From NCBI GenBank assembly GCA_040390065.1, contig JAZJZE010000001.1:1-64000 (forward strand): a DNA stretch of 64,000 nucleotides. Reading direction: 5' to 3'. Origin of the DNA: a bacterium. GTDB taxonomy: Archaea > Thermoplasmatota > E2 > JACPAO01 > JAHFTW01. Below the pieces are notes generated by a model, which ran no database searches, was not told where the DNA came from, and worked only from the letters and a program-made list of their open reading frames with translations. Made by a program: the position numbers and the translations under genes. This document shows, piece by piece, positions 33,528 to 43,068 of the stretch; position 1 is the first letter of the stretch; the number at the start of each line of letters is the position of its first letter.

Positions 33528-34199
33528 TTACCAGGGGACTTTCTTCAAGCCGAGCCAGAACCCAATCCGGTTGACGAGCAGGTGGAGCGCTGGCGTCAGG
33601 ATGACGATGGTGGTGAGGACGAGCCAGTCATCCGTCAGGGCGTGCCGCACCCACCCGCGCGGTAGGAGGGCCGACGCAAGCACGAAGCCGAGCAGACCGA
33701 AGATGACGAAGTCAAGCTGGTCGAAGGGGAACCAGGGTGCTCCTCCTTCACGGCCGGTGCGGCGCTTGAAGTAGGACTTGACGGCGTCGCCGACCAGGGC
33801 CATGAAGCCCACGACCGCGCCGAAAAGGAACACGCGCCAGGCCTCCGTGACGACGTAGTTGCTGCAGTCGGCTGGATCCCCCACGCACGGCGCCTGGCGG
33901 CCGACCGGTGCGCCGTACTCGTAGCCGTTGAAGCCGAAGTCCCAGCCTTCGATGAGGCCCCAGTGAGGTGCGAGCCACGCCATCGCAAGGGCCATGATGC
34001 CCCCAAGAAGCGCCCCGCCCGCCAGGCCACGCCACGTCTTGCCGGCGCCCAGGATGCGCTTGCCGTCTTTGCCAACGTGGCCCGCGTCAATCGGCGCGCT
34101 CCAGCTCGGCACAAGTTTGGCGACGAAGACCGGCGCCATGTTCGCCAGATAAGCCGGGAGAAAAATCCACAGTGCGCGCAGGATCCCCTCCCAGGCCAC
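33528..34199 (-). CDS. carS: CDP-archaeol synthase (DUF46)
   Basis: PAYLANMAPV, G.GKTWRG, GDAVKSYFKRR, DQLDF, LKKVPW. Confidence 0.92.
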   Translation of the reverse strand: MAWEGILRALWIFLPAYLANMAPVFVAKLVPSWSAPIDAGHVGKDGKRILGAGKTWRGLAGGALLGGIMALAMAWLAPHWGLIEGWDFGFNGYEYGAPVGRQAPCVGDPADCSNYVVTEAWRVFLFGAVVGFMALVGDAVKSYFKRRTGREGGAPWFPFDQLDFVIFGLLGFVLASALLPRGWVRHALTDDWLVLTTIVILTPALHLLVNRIGFWLGLKKVPW

Positions 34200-34232
34200 G
34201 CCGCGGCCACCCTGGCCTTGTGGATAAAGCCT

Positions 34233-34385
34233 TCAGAGTTTGGCAAGGCGGCGGACCGCGGGCTCTTGATCCTTCCACGACGCTTCGAAGGCCTTGCGCG
34301 CTTGCGGGGACATGCGGTTGGCACCGCGGGCCCGCGGCTTGGTGTCCTTCTTTGGCTTCTGCGTCACGATGGGCAATTCATTCAC
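34233..34385 (-). CDS. Small (50 aa) putative Doc antitoxin
   Basis: VNELPIVTQK...SWKDQEPAVRRLAKL; overlaps the doc stop; absent from the ORF track. Confidence 0.55.
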   Translation of the reverse strand: MNELPIVTQKPKKDTKPRARGANRMSPQARKAFEASWKDQEPAVRRLAKL

Positions 34386-34773
34386 CTTCCTGTTGAATGT
34401 TGCGCAGCCGGTCTTCGATCCACGCGCCGACGGCTGCTAGGTCCAAGCGGTCCTGGGCGACGTCCAGCGCAAAGCCAACGGCCTGGGCGGGAGGGACCTC
34501 CATGCGGCTGCCATTCAGGCGAAGGAACGTGTCGGTGGCAAGGAAGGATGTTCGCTTGTTGCCGTCCGCGAACGGATGGTCCTGGCACAGCCCGCGCATG
34601 AGAAAGCTGGCTCGTTCCGCCATGGAGGGGATACCGAAGAACGGCCCCCATTGGCATCGGTATAGGGCGGAGTCCACGGCGCCTAGGTTGAGGATTCCGG
34701 GGGTTCCTCCAGTCCGGGTGATGACCTCTTCGTGGAGGCCCAGCACGTCATCCATGGTGAGGAATTGCACCAA
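34378..34773 (-). CDS. doc: Doc/Fic-family toxin
   Basis: HPFADGNKRT motif. Confidence 0.9.
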   Translation of the reverse strand: MVQFLTMDDVLGLHEEVITRTGGTPGILNLGAVDSALYRCQWGPFFGIPSMAERASFLMRGLCQDHPFADGNKRTSFLATDTFLRLNGSRMEVPPAQAVGFALDVAQDRLDLAAVGAWIEDRLRNIQQEGE

Positions 34774-34877
34774 TCAAGGACCCGGATAGCCTCCTTGAGG
34801 GGGCGCTAGCGGTGGCAGAATTCGCCCACATGCCGGCCTGTCCGAGCACCATGAATCGCTGCAGGGACGTCCCTGAC

Positions 34878-35684
34878 TCACGCCAGGCGTTGGTCGCACG
34901 CCTCGCGCCGGGAGCAGCCCCGGCAGCGCCCCGCCTGTTCGTGGTCGCGGTCGGCCTTCCCCGCGCGCTCGGCCTGGGCGATGCGGCCCAACGTCTGCTC
35001 GAGGTCGGCGCGCAGCTTGTCGTCCCAGGCGATGCGGAACACGCCGTCCGGATAGTTGAGAAGCCCGTAGGCCGGCGCCTTGCCCGAAGTCACTTCGATG
35101 AGGCGCAGGTAGCAGCCGACTTGCAGCGCGTGGCTGGGGAACGGTTTCGGCGGCGTGCGCCCGGTCTTCACTTCCACGGGGACGGGACCGCCTTCGGTCT
35201 TCAGGATGTAATCGGGTTTTCCGCTCAGGTTCCAGGACGGATCCTCGAGGACGCGGCCGCCGCCCGCCAGGTCGGAATCCAGGACGAGCCCAGGCACAAG
35301 GTTCTCGCTGCGTTCGCCGGATTCATAGTTGCGCTGGGCGACGAGGGCGACGATGAGGAGGGCCGCGCTGATGGAGACGAGGAAGAGCGCGGTGACGAGG
35401 AACATCAAGTGGAACGGCGTCTGCGCGAGGAAGACGAGCTCGAGGCCGAGGAACGACACCGAACCAGCGAAGGCGAGGACCCGGAACGACCAGGCGAGGC
35501 CGCTCTTGTATTCGGCTTTCTGGCGTTCGATGGCGTTCTGGGCGGCGCCGAGGCGACCATGTTCCCGCACGCCGCGTTCGCTGCCGGCCCCCGCGCCGGT
35601 CTGGCCGTGCCGGGCGAGGAACCAGTTGTGCGCGCAATACGCGAATTGTTCCACCTCGCCGGCGGAGGGCACGGACCGAGCCAC
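34878..35684 (-). CDS. Solo Cas4-like PD-(D/E)xK nuclease with an inserted TM hairpin
   Basis: N-terminal YC, GKPD, VEVK, QVGCY, C-terminal CRGCSRREAC; two hydrophobic helices inside. Confidence 0.85.
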   Translation of the reverse strand: MARSVPSAGEVEQFAYCAHNWFLARHGQTGAGAGSERGVREHGRLGAAQNAIERQKAEYKSGLAWSFRVLAFAGSVSFLGLELVFLAQTPFHLMFLVTALFLVSISAALLIVALVAQRNYESGERSENLVPGLVLDSDLAGGGRVLEDPSWNLSGKPDYILKTEGGPVPVEVKTGRTPPKPFPSHALQVGCYLRLIEVTSGKAPAYGLLNYPDGVFRIAWDDKLRADLEQTLGRIAQAERAGKADRDHEQAGRCRGCSRREACDQRLA

Positions 35685-35887
35685 GGCGCGCCGCGTTGAA
35701 AGTCTTGGCTGTGCCGGTTCCGGGCTGCCGATGCCCGTTTCGTCGTCGGCCCCCGGCGCATATGGAGGGAATTGCAGGTTGCCTGGACAAGAATGTTGAT
35801 GGATAATGCGGAACCGCAAAGCCGCGGTTAAATACCCCCCCTTGAATTGTGGCGATTGCCCCGCAAGGGGCAGGAACTGAAACACAC

Positions 35888-36337
35888 ATGAAAGCCAACC
35901 AAGCCTTCAAGGCAGAGGAAGAGGCAGTCTCGCCGGTCGTCGGTGTGATCCTGATGGTCGCCATCACGGTCGTTCTGGCAGCCGTCGTCTTCGTCCTGGT
36001 CCAGAACCTGGGCAAGAACACGACGCAGGGCCCGACGGTCAGCTTCAACAAGACGACGAACCCCAGCGGTGGCGGCTATGTCACCGTGAACCAGGCTGAC
36101 CCCAACACGGCCTGGGCCAACATCAAGATCGGCGTCAACGGCGGTGCCCCGGTGGCGGCCACCGCAAATGCGTTGGCCCCGTCGACCGCTACGGCCTGCG
36201 AGTTCTCTGGCGCTGCGCTGCCGACGAACGTCGGCGCCGGCCAAGTCGTCAAGTGCGGCACGGGTGTCACCTCGTTGTCGCTCACCTACGACAACTCCGG
36301 TCAGTCGAGCCTGCTGTACCAGACGACCTTCCCGTAG
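35888..36337 (+). CDS. Archaeal type IV pilin (probable major pilin)
   Basis: Class III signal EEAVSPVVGVILMVAITVVLAAVV; TATA ttaaata, GCAA-capped 5' hairpin, pyrimidine-rich terminator. Confidence 0.92.
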   Translation: MKANQAFKAEEEAVSPVVGVILMVAITVVLAAVVFVLVQNLGKNTTQGPTVSFNKTTNPSGGGYVTVNQADPNTAWANIKIGVNGGAPVAATANALAPSTATACEFSGAALPTNVGAGQVVKCGTGVTSLSLTYDNSGQSSLLYQTTFP

Positions 36338-36467
36338 GGCCATCCACATCCCCCTCATCCCCTCCTTCCTTCTTCCTGCATGCCTCCCTTTTCTTTGTCC
36401 CGTTCTGGTCCTTCAAAAAGGCTCGCCGCAACCCCTTATATCGGTGTTCGAGCAATTCCACTGCTAG

Positions 36468-36911
36468 ATGTGTAGTCGGCGACACAGGACGGCACACGAT
36501 GATGCGGTGAGTCCCGTCGTCGGCGTCATCCTGATGGTTGCGATTACCGTCGTCTTGGCCGCCGTCGTCTTCGTGCTGGTGCAGGGCCTGAACAAGAATA
36601 CGACGGAGGTCCCCAACCTCGTGTTTTTCAAGAAGACCGGAAGCACCGGAGGAGGGACCCTCACCGTGACCCAAGCCGATTCCGACATCGTTTGGGATCA
36701 CGTCCTAGTCGGGGTCAACGACGCCGACCCGGTCGCAGTGACGGCCGGCACGCCGGGCGCCGGGGAATGCACGTTGCCCGCGGGCACGAACCTGGCAGGG
36801 GCCGTGACGTCCGGCCAAGTCATCACGTGCGGTTCGAGCGTTCGCGCCGTCAACGTCAGCTACGGCGACCCGTCACAGACGGAACTTGTGGCCAACTACA
36901 AGTTCCCGTAG
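36468..36911 (+). CDS. Archaeal type IV pilin paralog
   Basis: DDAVSPVVGVILMVAITVVLAAVV; C-domain similar to the first pilin. Confidence 0.9.
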   Translation: MCSRRHRTAHDDAVSPVVGVILMVAITVVLAAVVFVLVQGLNKNTTEVPNLVFFKKTGSTGGGTLTVTQADSDIVWDHVLVGVNDADPVAVTAGTPGAGECTLPAGTNLAGAVTSGQVITCGSSVRAVNVSYGDPSQTELVANYKFP

Positions 36912-36968
36912 TCCGCGCCGCGCGTCGCCACTGCCCACCCTTATGTGGGCGAACCCCTTGGCAAACAC

Positions 36969-38720
36969 ATGCATGTCAGCCGTCCCGGCCTAGTGGTCGC
37001 CTTGGCCGCACTCGTCCTCGTCATTCCTGCCGCAAGCGCCGATTGGGCATCGTTCCACGCCGATGCCTTGAACACCGGCTACCTGCCCGGCGTCGCCTAT
37101 CCCGTCTACCAGGACGTGTGGTGGAGCAACTCGACCGTCGGCGGCGCGCAGGTCTCCGCCAGTCCGGTCGAGAAGGACAACATCCTCGTCATCGCCGACT
37201 TGAAGGGCCTGGTGCGCGGCCTCGACGCCGAGTCGGGCCACGAGTTCTGGCGGTTCCTCATGCCTGCACCAGTCGCCGGGACGCCTGCGATTGCAGGCGA
37301 ACGCGTCTACGTCGTCGACTCCGCAGGCAACCTCAAGGCGCTCAACCTCAAGACCGGCCTCGAGGAGAAACCGCAGGTCATCCCCGCCGCACTTGGTGCC
37401 ACACAAAGCGATGTCCGCGAATCGGAAGGCAAGCTCTTCATCGGCACCGAGAACGGTCAGATGCGCGCATTCCTGGCGAGCACGTTGACGCCGCTGTGGA
37501 CGTTCGACGTGACGAAGTACACGACAACCAAGACGGTCACGGGGACAAGCCCGAACCTCACGACCACCTGCACGGATCCCATGTCAGGCCAGCCCATCCG
37601 CGGCGCGCCCTCGATCTTCAACGGCATGGTGTTCTTCGGCTCGTTCAACCACTACGTCTACGCCGTCAACGAGAACGGCAACGGCGACCAGACCACCAAC
37701 CTGATCTGGTGGCACAAGACCGGCGACGTCGTCGTGGGCGCCCCGGCGCTGGACATCATCGACGCAAGCACGAACCGGGTCGTCGTGGGATCCTACGACG
37801 GCAAGGTGTACGCATATTCGCCCAACGGGAATTCCGGCGCCGGCAAGTGCTCCGCAACGAACCCCGTCCTCTATGCCGGATCGACGGTCACTCCGGCCTG
37901 GTCCTACTCGGTGCCAAGCGTCGTGGACTCGGTGACGGGTGAGACCCAGATCAGCAAAGTCCATTCCAGTCCGGCCGTGGCCGGCACCAAGGTGTATGTT
38001 GGGGCCAACAATGGCCACGTCTACTCGCTCGACGCCCGCACCGGCGCCTACCTCTGGAACCAGACGGCCGGCGACAGCATCCGGGGCGTGAGTTCGAGCC
38101 CCGCGGTCGCTGGTGGCCACGTCGTCGTCGGGTCGCAGAACAAGAACGTCTACTGGCTCGCCGCGGACACCGGTGCCATCGAGAAGTCCTTCTCGACGCA
38201 AAGCGCCATCGAGACGTCCCCCGCGCTGGACGGGGACAAGGCGTTCGTCGCGGCCAAGGACGGAACGCTCTACATGTTCGGCCCCAAAGTGCCGCCGCGT
38301 CCCGACCTCGTCGTCACGGCCGTTGCCCCAACGCTCTCATCCGTATCCGTCACCGTGGCCAACCAAGGCACGGCGTCGGCTCCGGCCAGCAAGGTCCGCA
38401 TCCTCGTCGACGACATCTTCCTGGCCGACGTGAACGTCACGGCCCTCGGTCCCGGCAACTCGACGACGGTGACGGCCATCGGTGCCATCACGCCGGCGCT
38501 GCACCGCTTCACGGCCAAGGCTGACTTCGGGACGCCCGATGCGGTGAAGGAATCCAACGAGAGCAACAACGACAAGACGGATTCGCTCACGTTGTCGCCG
38601 CCCGCCCCGCCCGTTGCTCCCCCGGCTGCCGCCACCAAGAAGAAGAGCCCCGGCGCAGGCGTGGCCCTCCTGTCCGTGCTCGTCGTCGGTGCGGCCTTGG
38701 GCCGTCGCCGTTACTGGTAG
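36969..38720 (+). CDS. Secreted PQQ-like beta-propeller protein with CARDB domain and C-terminal sorting signal
   Basis: Signal peptide, repeated SSPAV/W blades, PDLVV...ESNESNN, KKKSPG-TM-RRR. Confidence 0.88.
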   Translation: MHVSRPGLVVALAALVLVIPAASADWASFHADALNTGYLPGVAYPVYQDVWWSNSTVGGAQVSASPVEKDNILVIADLKGLVRGLDAESGHEFWRFLMPAPVAGTPAIAGERVYVVDSAGNLKALNLKTGLEEKPQVIPAALGATQSDVRESEGKLFIGTENGQMRAFLASTLTPLWTFDVTKYTTTKTVTGTSPNLTTTCTDPMSGQPIRGAPSIFNGMVFFGSFNHYVYAVNENGNGDQTTNLIWWHKTGDVVVGAPALDIIDASTNRVVVGSYDGKVYAYSPNGNSGAGKCSATNPVLYAGSTVTPAWSYSVPSVVDSVTGETQISKVHSSPAVAGTKVYVGANNGHVYSLDARTGAYLWNQTAGDSIRGVSSSPAVAGGHVVVGSQNKNVYWLAADTGAIEKSFSTQSAIETSPALDGDKAFVAAKDGTLYMFGPKVPPRPDLVVTAVAPTLSSVSVTVANQGTASAPASKVRILVDDIFLADVNVTALGPGNSTTVTAIGAITPALHRFTAKADFGTPDAVKESNESNNDKTDSLTLSPPAPPVAPPAAATKKKSPGAGVALLSVLVVGAALGRRRYW

Positions 38721-39439
38721 ACGAGCCGCAGCCCGCGGCGTTTCCAGTCTGCCTTGACCCACGCGCCGTAGCCGAGGCCGATGGCCATGCCAGAGAGGTG
38801 CGCGAAGTGGCCGATGTTGCCACCCGCGGGCGGGGACACGACGCCCAGGAGGTCCAGGGCCGCGTAGCCGATGCCCGCCGCCCACAGTGGTACGGGCAGC
38901 ACGAAGAACAGCGACACCTTCTGCATGGGGGTCACGACCATGAGGACGCCAAACAGGGCCATGAGGGCGCCCGATGCGCCGAGTGCGCCGCCGTTCGGGA
39001 TGAACAGGAGCGGATCATGCGATGCGTCGAAGGCGACGGCGTGGACTTGGACGACGCCGGAGGCGGCGCCCGCCACGAAGAACAGGACGACGTACCGCAG
39101 CCGACCGAGGATGTGCTCCACCGCGGGGCCGAAGAAGAAGAGGAACAGACCGTTGAACAGGAGGTGGTTGGCGTCGGCAAAATCATGCGACAACGTGCTC
39201 GTCGCCAGCGTCCATGGGCGCCACATCCAGTCCGTGTTGATGATGAAGAGAAAGTCGGGCACGTGGTGCGGCAAGCCGTGCCAGAGAAACGCGCGGCCGA
39301 GGCCCCACGTGTTGGAGCCCGCTGCATCCACGGTGAGCAGCTGCAGGACGTAGACGCCGGCCATGGTTCCCAGCAGCGTGTAGGTCGCGACGGGCCGCCA
39401 GGCCTTCGCCGGCTCGAGCCATGGGCGCCGGCTTTCCAC
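38711..39439 (-). CDS. Rhomboid intramembrane serine protease
   Basis: PWT, HLLFN, GASG, AHLSG. Confidence 0.92.
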   Translation of the reverse strand: MESRRPWLEPAKAWRPVATYTLLGTMAGVYVLQLLTVDAAGSNTWGLGRAFLWHGLPHHVPDFLFIINTDWMWRPWTLATSTLSHDFADANHLLFNGLFLFFFGPAVEHILGRLRYVVLFFVAGAASGVVQVHAVAFDASHDPLLFIPNGGALGASGALMALFGVLMVVTPMQKVSLFFVLPVPLWAAGIGYAALDLLGVVSPPAGGNIGHFAHLSGMAIGLGYGAWVKADWKRRGLRLVYQ

Positions 39440-39519
39440 GGATACGCAAGCAGCGCGTCCGCCGTAAGCATGCCGGCCTGCTGCGGCAAGGCCAAATCAC
39501 GCGGCAGGCTTGCACTCGT

Positions 39520-39909
39520 GTGTTGAGGCTCGGCCGGGACGACGTCGGCGCCTCGCCATTGACGGTGATCCTGGTCGCCGTGCTCGTGGCGGGCGGAATC
39601 ACGGCCCTCGTCGTCATGTCGCTTGTCGGCGGGGTCCACGATGCGCTCGCCCTGCAGCAGGTCGACGACCACGGTGTGCCGGCCTTCCAGGTGACGAGTG
39701 TGGCGGGCGGCGTGGATTGGGACCACCTGAGCGTCCAGTTGGTGGATCCGGCAGGGGTCGACCAGGCCGGAATCTACCTCCAGGCCCCGAATGGGACCGT
39801 GACGCTCGGCGACGTCATCCACCTGCGCACGTTGCCGCCCGGAGGTACCTACCTGTTGCGCATCCTGCAGGACGGCACCGAGTTGACGCGCCTGGCCGTG
39901 GCATTCTAG
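39520..39909 (+). CDS. Pilin-like small protein
   Basis: DDVGASPLTVILVAVLV resembles a divergent class III signal. Confidence 0.55.
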   Translation: MLRLGRDDVGASPLTVILVAVLVAGGITALVVMSLVGGVHDALALQQVDDHGVPAFQVTSVAGGVDWDHLSVQLVDPAGVDQAGIYLQAPNGTVTLGDVIHLRTLPPGGTYLLRILQDGTELTRLAVAF

Positions 39910-40012
39910 CGGCGGCCGTTGCGGTAGGGGCCGTCTTGCCCCATATCAAGCCTGAACCGGTTCGGGTTCCAGGGGCAAAGGCGTATGTAGGGTCGAACCT
40001 CAATGTCAGGTT

Positions 40013-40450
40013 GTGCTCGCCATTGAACCTGTGAGGGCCGGCGACGTCGACCCCGTTGCCCGGTTGGCCTTGCGCGCCTTGCAGGAACAATACGACCCCG
40101 AATGGCTGGCATCCCAGGCCCAATCGAGTGGCACGTTCCTCGTGGCCCGCGACGTCCCGACGAACCACATCGTGGGATTCGCCGTCGCGAATCGGGACGC
40201 ATGCGAGGCACATCTGCTGGCCATCGCAGTCGAGCGTCAACGCCGCGGTGAGGGGATTGGCTCGGCGCTCCTGTCCAACGTGCGCGACGAACTGGCCCGG
40301 GCCGGCGCGTTCCGTTTGAGTCTCGAGGTGCGCGCCGACGATCCGGGTGCCCAGGCCTTCTACCAGCGGCACGGGTTCTGGCCGGATGGCCTGCAAAGCC
40401 GCGTCTACTCCGACGGCGGCGACGCGGTCAAGATGACACGGCCTCTGTAA
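40013..40450 (+). CDS. RimI-like GNAT acetyltransferase
   Basis: HLLAIAV, RRGEGIG, LEVR, FYQRHGF, YSDGGDA. Confidence 0.85.
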   Translation: MLAIEPVRAGDVDPVARLALRALQEQYDPEWLASQAQSSGTFLVARDVPTNHIVGFAVANRDACEAHLLAIAVERQRRGEGIGSALLSNVRDELARAGAFRLSLEVRADDPGAQAFYQRHGFWPDGLQSRVYSDGGDAVKMTRPL

Positions 40451-40507
40451 GGCACGTTTTCTGTCTGGATGGCCCAGCCCGGGCGTCGCGGTCAACCCTC
40501 ACGGCGG

Positions 40508-40867
40508 CTAGATGCCGTTGTGGAGGGCGGCGAGGGCGAAGGCCGGGAGGTTCCGGTCGCGCGGGGCCAGGTTCTCCTTGTCTTCGTCGTCCTCGTCGCT
40601 TGTCGCCGCGGTCGCCAGCCGGAGGAAGCGTTCCCGCAAGCGCGCTTGGTGATCCGGGTTCCCCTGCATGACGACCTCGGAGAGGCCTTTGCCGAGCAGG
40701 AACACGGCGCGCTTGTGGTCGGTCTTGGACTTGTGGATGTGCTGGGGGGAGACGGCCAGGGAATCGTATTCCCGGAACTCGCCAACCATCGGCAACCCGC
40801 AGTCTTCGAAGTACCGCTTCATCTGGCAGAGCAAGCTGTGAAGCTGCAGCAGCTCGTCTTTGTGCAT
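40508..40867 (-). CDS. UPF0058 family protein
   Basis: MHKDELLQLH...SPQHIHKSKTDHKRAVF. Confidence 0.85.
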   Translation of the reverse strand: MHKDELLQLHSLLCQMKRYFEDCGLPMVGEFREYDSLAVSPQHIHKSKTDHKRAVFLLGKGLSEVVMQGNPDHQARLRERFLRLATAATSDEDDEDKENLAPRDRNLPAFALAALHNGI

Positions 40868-41272
40868 CCCATTCCTTCCAACGAATCCGTTGGATATATA
40901 TCTTGACCCAACGAAACCCAGGAAAGGCCGTCAATTTCGGGTGATTACTCACGAATTGGTTGGATAAACCGGGTCAAGCCCATAAGGGGAAGCACTTGGA
41001 AAAATTTGAGGAAAAACCGGCTCCGTCGGACGCCCAAATCGGCGGTTCCACAGGAAACGAAGGTCATGTTTTTGCTGCGCGGATGACCTAGTCTGATAAC
41101 AAACAAAGGGCCCGGCTTGGGGGGGTTTTGCCCACTGCGACGGCGTGCGCCAGACCTTGTCGCCCCTGCCCGGCGTCCGGGCACCCTGCGGGGCTCGCGC
41201 TAGGCGGGAAAGGCACGGTGGCGTCGCTGCCGCTAACCAGCCGGGGCGGTTCTTGACGAAGCTCGAGGATTC

Positions 41273-41399
41273 CTGGAGGTCGTCGCGCGTCAGGATCTCG
41301 ACCTCACTGGCCTGCAGGCAGGCCAGCGGGAAGGAGTTCCTGACGGGCCGAGCCTGCGTGACTTCGTCACTGCAGGTCGTCGCGCGTCAGGATCTCCAC
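41273..41399. repeat. 30-bp duplication of the dnaG 3' end (41273-41302 and 41370-41399)
   Basis: Both copies encode VEILTRDDLQ, with two synonymous differences. Confidence 0.9.
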
Positions 41400-42806
41400 C
41401 GTGTCCGGGACCTTCGTGACGTTGCCCATCTTGACGCCGACGACGGTCGCGATCTTCTTCTCGGCCGCGATGTCCAGAAGGCGCTGCGTGATGACGCCGT
41501 CGAAGACGACCGCGTGCACGTTGTCCTTGGCACTCTTCAACGTGTCCGCGAGTTCGCGAACCGCCAGGTCGCCCTGGACGGGCTTGCCCGTGTCGTCGAG
41601 AAGGACGGCCTTGAGGGAGCCCGACAACGTGCCGAGGATCTCCTTGAACTGGGCGCGCGGGTCGCCCTCGCGCACGGCCACGGGGGCCGCGGCCGGGGCA
41701 GCCTCGCCGCCCTCGACCTCGAACGTCTCGCCCTCGCGGCGTCCGCCACCGCGGCCACGGCGGTCGCGGCCGCGTCCACCGTCGCGGCGGTCATCGCGGC
41801 CACCCTCACGGCGGCCATCGTCGCGGCGCTCGCCACGGGGTTCTCCGCCCTCGCGGCGGCCATCCTCGCGGCGCTCCATCGGGCGCTCGGTGCGACCCTC
41901 GGGGCGGGTTTCGCCGCCCTCGCGGCGCTCGCTGCGCGGCGCGTCGCCCTCGGAACCGTCCGGCTTGCGCAGGACGATGCCCATCTGGGAGGTGAACTGC
42001 TCGGCGGTGAGCTTGTTCTTGAGGCACTTCATGACCAACTTGTGCGGCAGTTCCTCGACCTCGCGGGTCGGGGGCGCGCGGGCCACGAAGTCGACTTCGC
42101 ACGTCTGCAGGATCTCCTTCGCGATGAGCTCGCCGCCGCGGTCGCCATCGACGAAAATGATGGTGGTCTTCTCCTTGGAGAGGTCCTTGATCTCCTGCGG
42201 GATGTTCGTGCCCTCGACGGCGACGGCGTTCTTGATGCCGCACTTGAGGAGGTTGATGACGTCGTTGCGGCCCTCGACCAGGATGACCGAGTCGCTAGAG
42301 TCGACGTTGGGGCCGGCGGGAAGGCGCGTGTTGCGGAACTTCGTCACTTCGGCGACCTGGACGGCGCTGCGCACCTCGTCGGCGATTTTGGACGAGTCTT
42401 GGCCGGAGCCCTCGTTGATGGTGGACAGGAGTTCCTTGGCGCGGTCGACGACGGACTTGCGGCGGGCCTCGCGGGTGTCCTCGATGGACGTGACACGGAT
42501 GGTCGCCTTGCATGGGCCGATGCGGTCGATGGTCTCGATGCCGGCGGCGAGGATGGCCGACTCGACCTTGTCGAGGGCCGACGGCAGCATGATCGTGCCG
42601 TTGGTCTTGCCGCCGCGGGTCTCGATCTCGACTTCGACGCGGCCGATGCGGGCCGACTTCTGCAGGTCCCGCAGGTCCAACTCGTTGCCGAGCAGGCCTT
42701 CGGTCTGGCCGAAGACGGCGCCGATGATGTCTGGCTTTTCGACGACCCCGTCGGCTTGGACGGAGGCGCGGATCAGGTACTTGGTAGTGCTAGGGTCAAC
42801 GACCAT
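41367..42806 (-). CDS. dnaG: Archaeal DnaG (bacterial-type primase-like, exosome-associated)
   Basis: DIIGAVFGQTEGLLG, TOPRIM VEGRNDV and DGDRGG, FDGVITQRL. Confidence 0.96.
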   Translation of the reverse strand: MVVDPSTTKYLIRASVQADGVVEKPDIIGAVFGQTEGLLGNELDLRDLQKSARIGRVEVEIETRGGKTNGTIMLPSALDKVESAILAAGIETIDRIGPCKATIRVTSIEDTREARRKSVVDRAKELLSTINEGSGQDSSKIADEVRSAVQVAEVTKFRNTRLPAGPNVDSSDSVILVEGRNDVINLLKCGIKNAVAVEGTNIPQEIKDLSKEKTTIIFVDGDRGGELIAKEILQTCEVDFVARAPPTREVEELPHKLVMKCLKNKLTAEQFTSQMGIVLRKPDGSEGDAPRSERREGGETRPEGRTERPMERREDGRREGGEPRGERRDDGRREGGRDDRRDGGRGRDRRGRGGGRREGETFEVEGGEAAPAAAPVAVREGDPRAQFKEILGTLSGSLKAVLLDDTGKPVQGDLAVRELADTLKSAKDNVHAVVFDGVITQRLLDIAAEKKIATVVGVKMGNVTKVPDTVEILTRDDLQ

Positions 42807-43068
42807 GGAGTTCAGTCTCTTGGGACCGACTTGTCCTGGGTGTCACGCCGACGTCCATCGGCTGGTGCCCGGCGGCGCCCAAGTGGGGGCGTGGCGGGGC
42901 GAACCGTACGGGCAAAGCCCGTGAGGAATGTGATGAGTGGCTTGTAAGGCCAAGAGACACCCAGGGGGTCTGTCTCCGGGTTCCACGTGAACCCTAGGTT
43001 GGCTTAAGGTTTGGGAAGTCCGGGGCGCCAGGAGGCGGACAGGGGGCGCTCGTCCACCCCTCGCCCGG

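Noticed and set aside
34878-35684. CRISPR-Cas locus
   Set aside because: No repeat-spacer array and no cas1, cas2 or effector genes anywhere in the window
41145-42947. Long antisense and alternative-frame ORFs (also 17289-19124, 51927-53519, 55491-57650 and others)
   Set aside because: Shadow ORFs opposite well-conserved genes, expected from stop-codon scarcity at high GC
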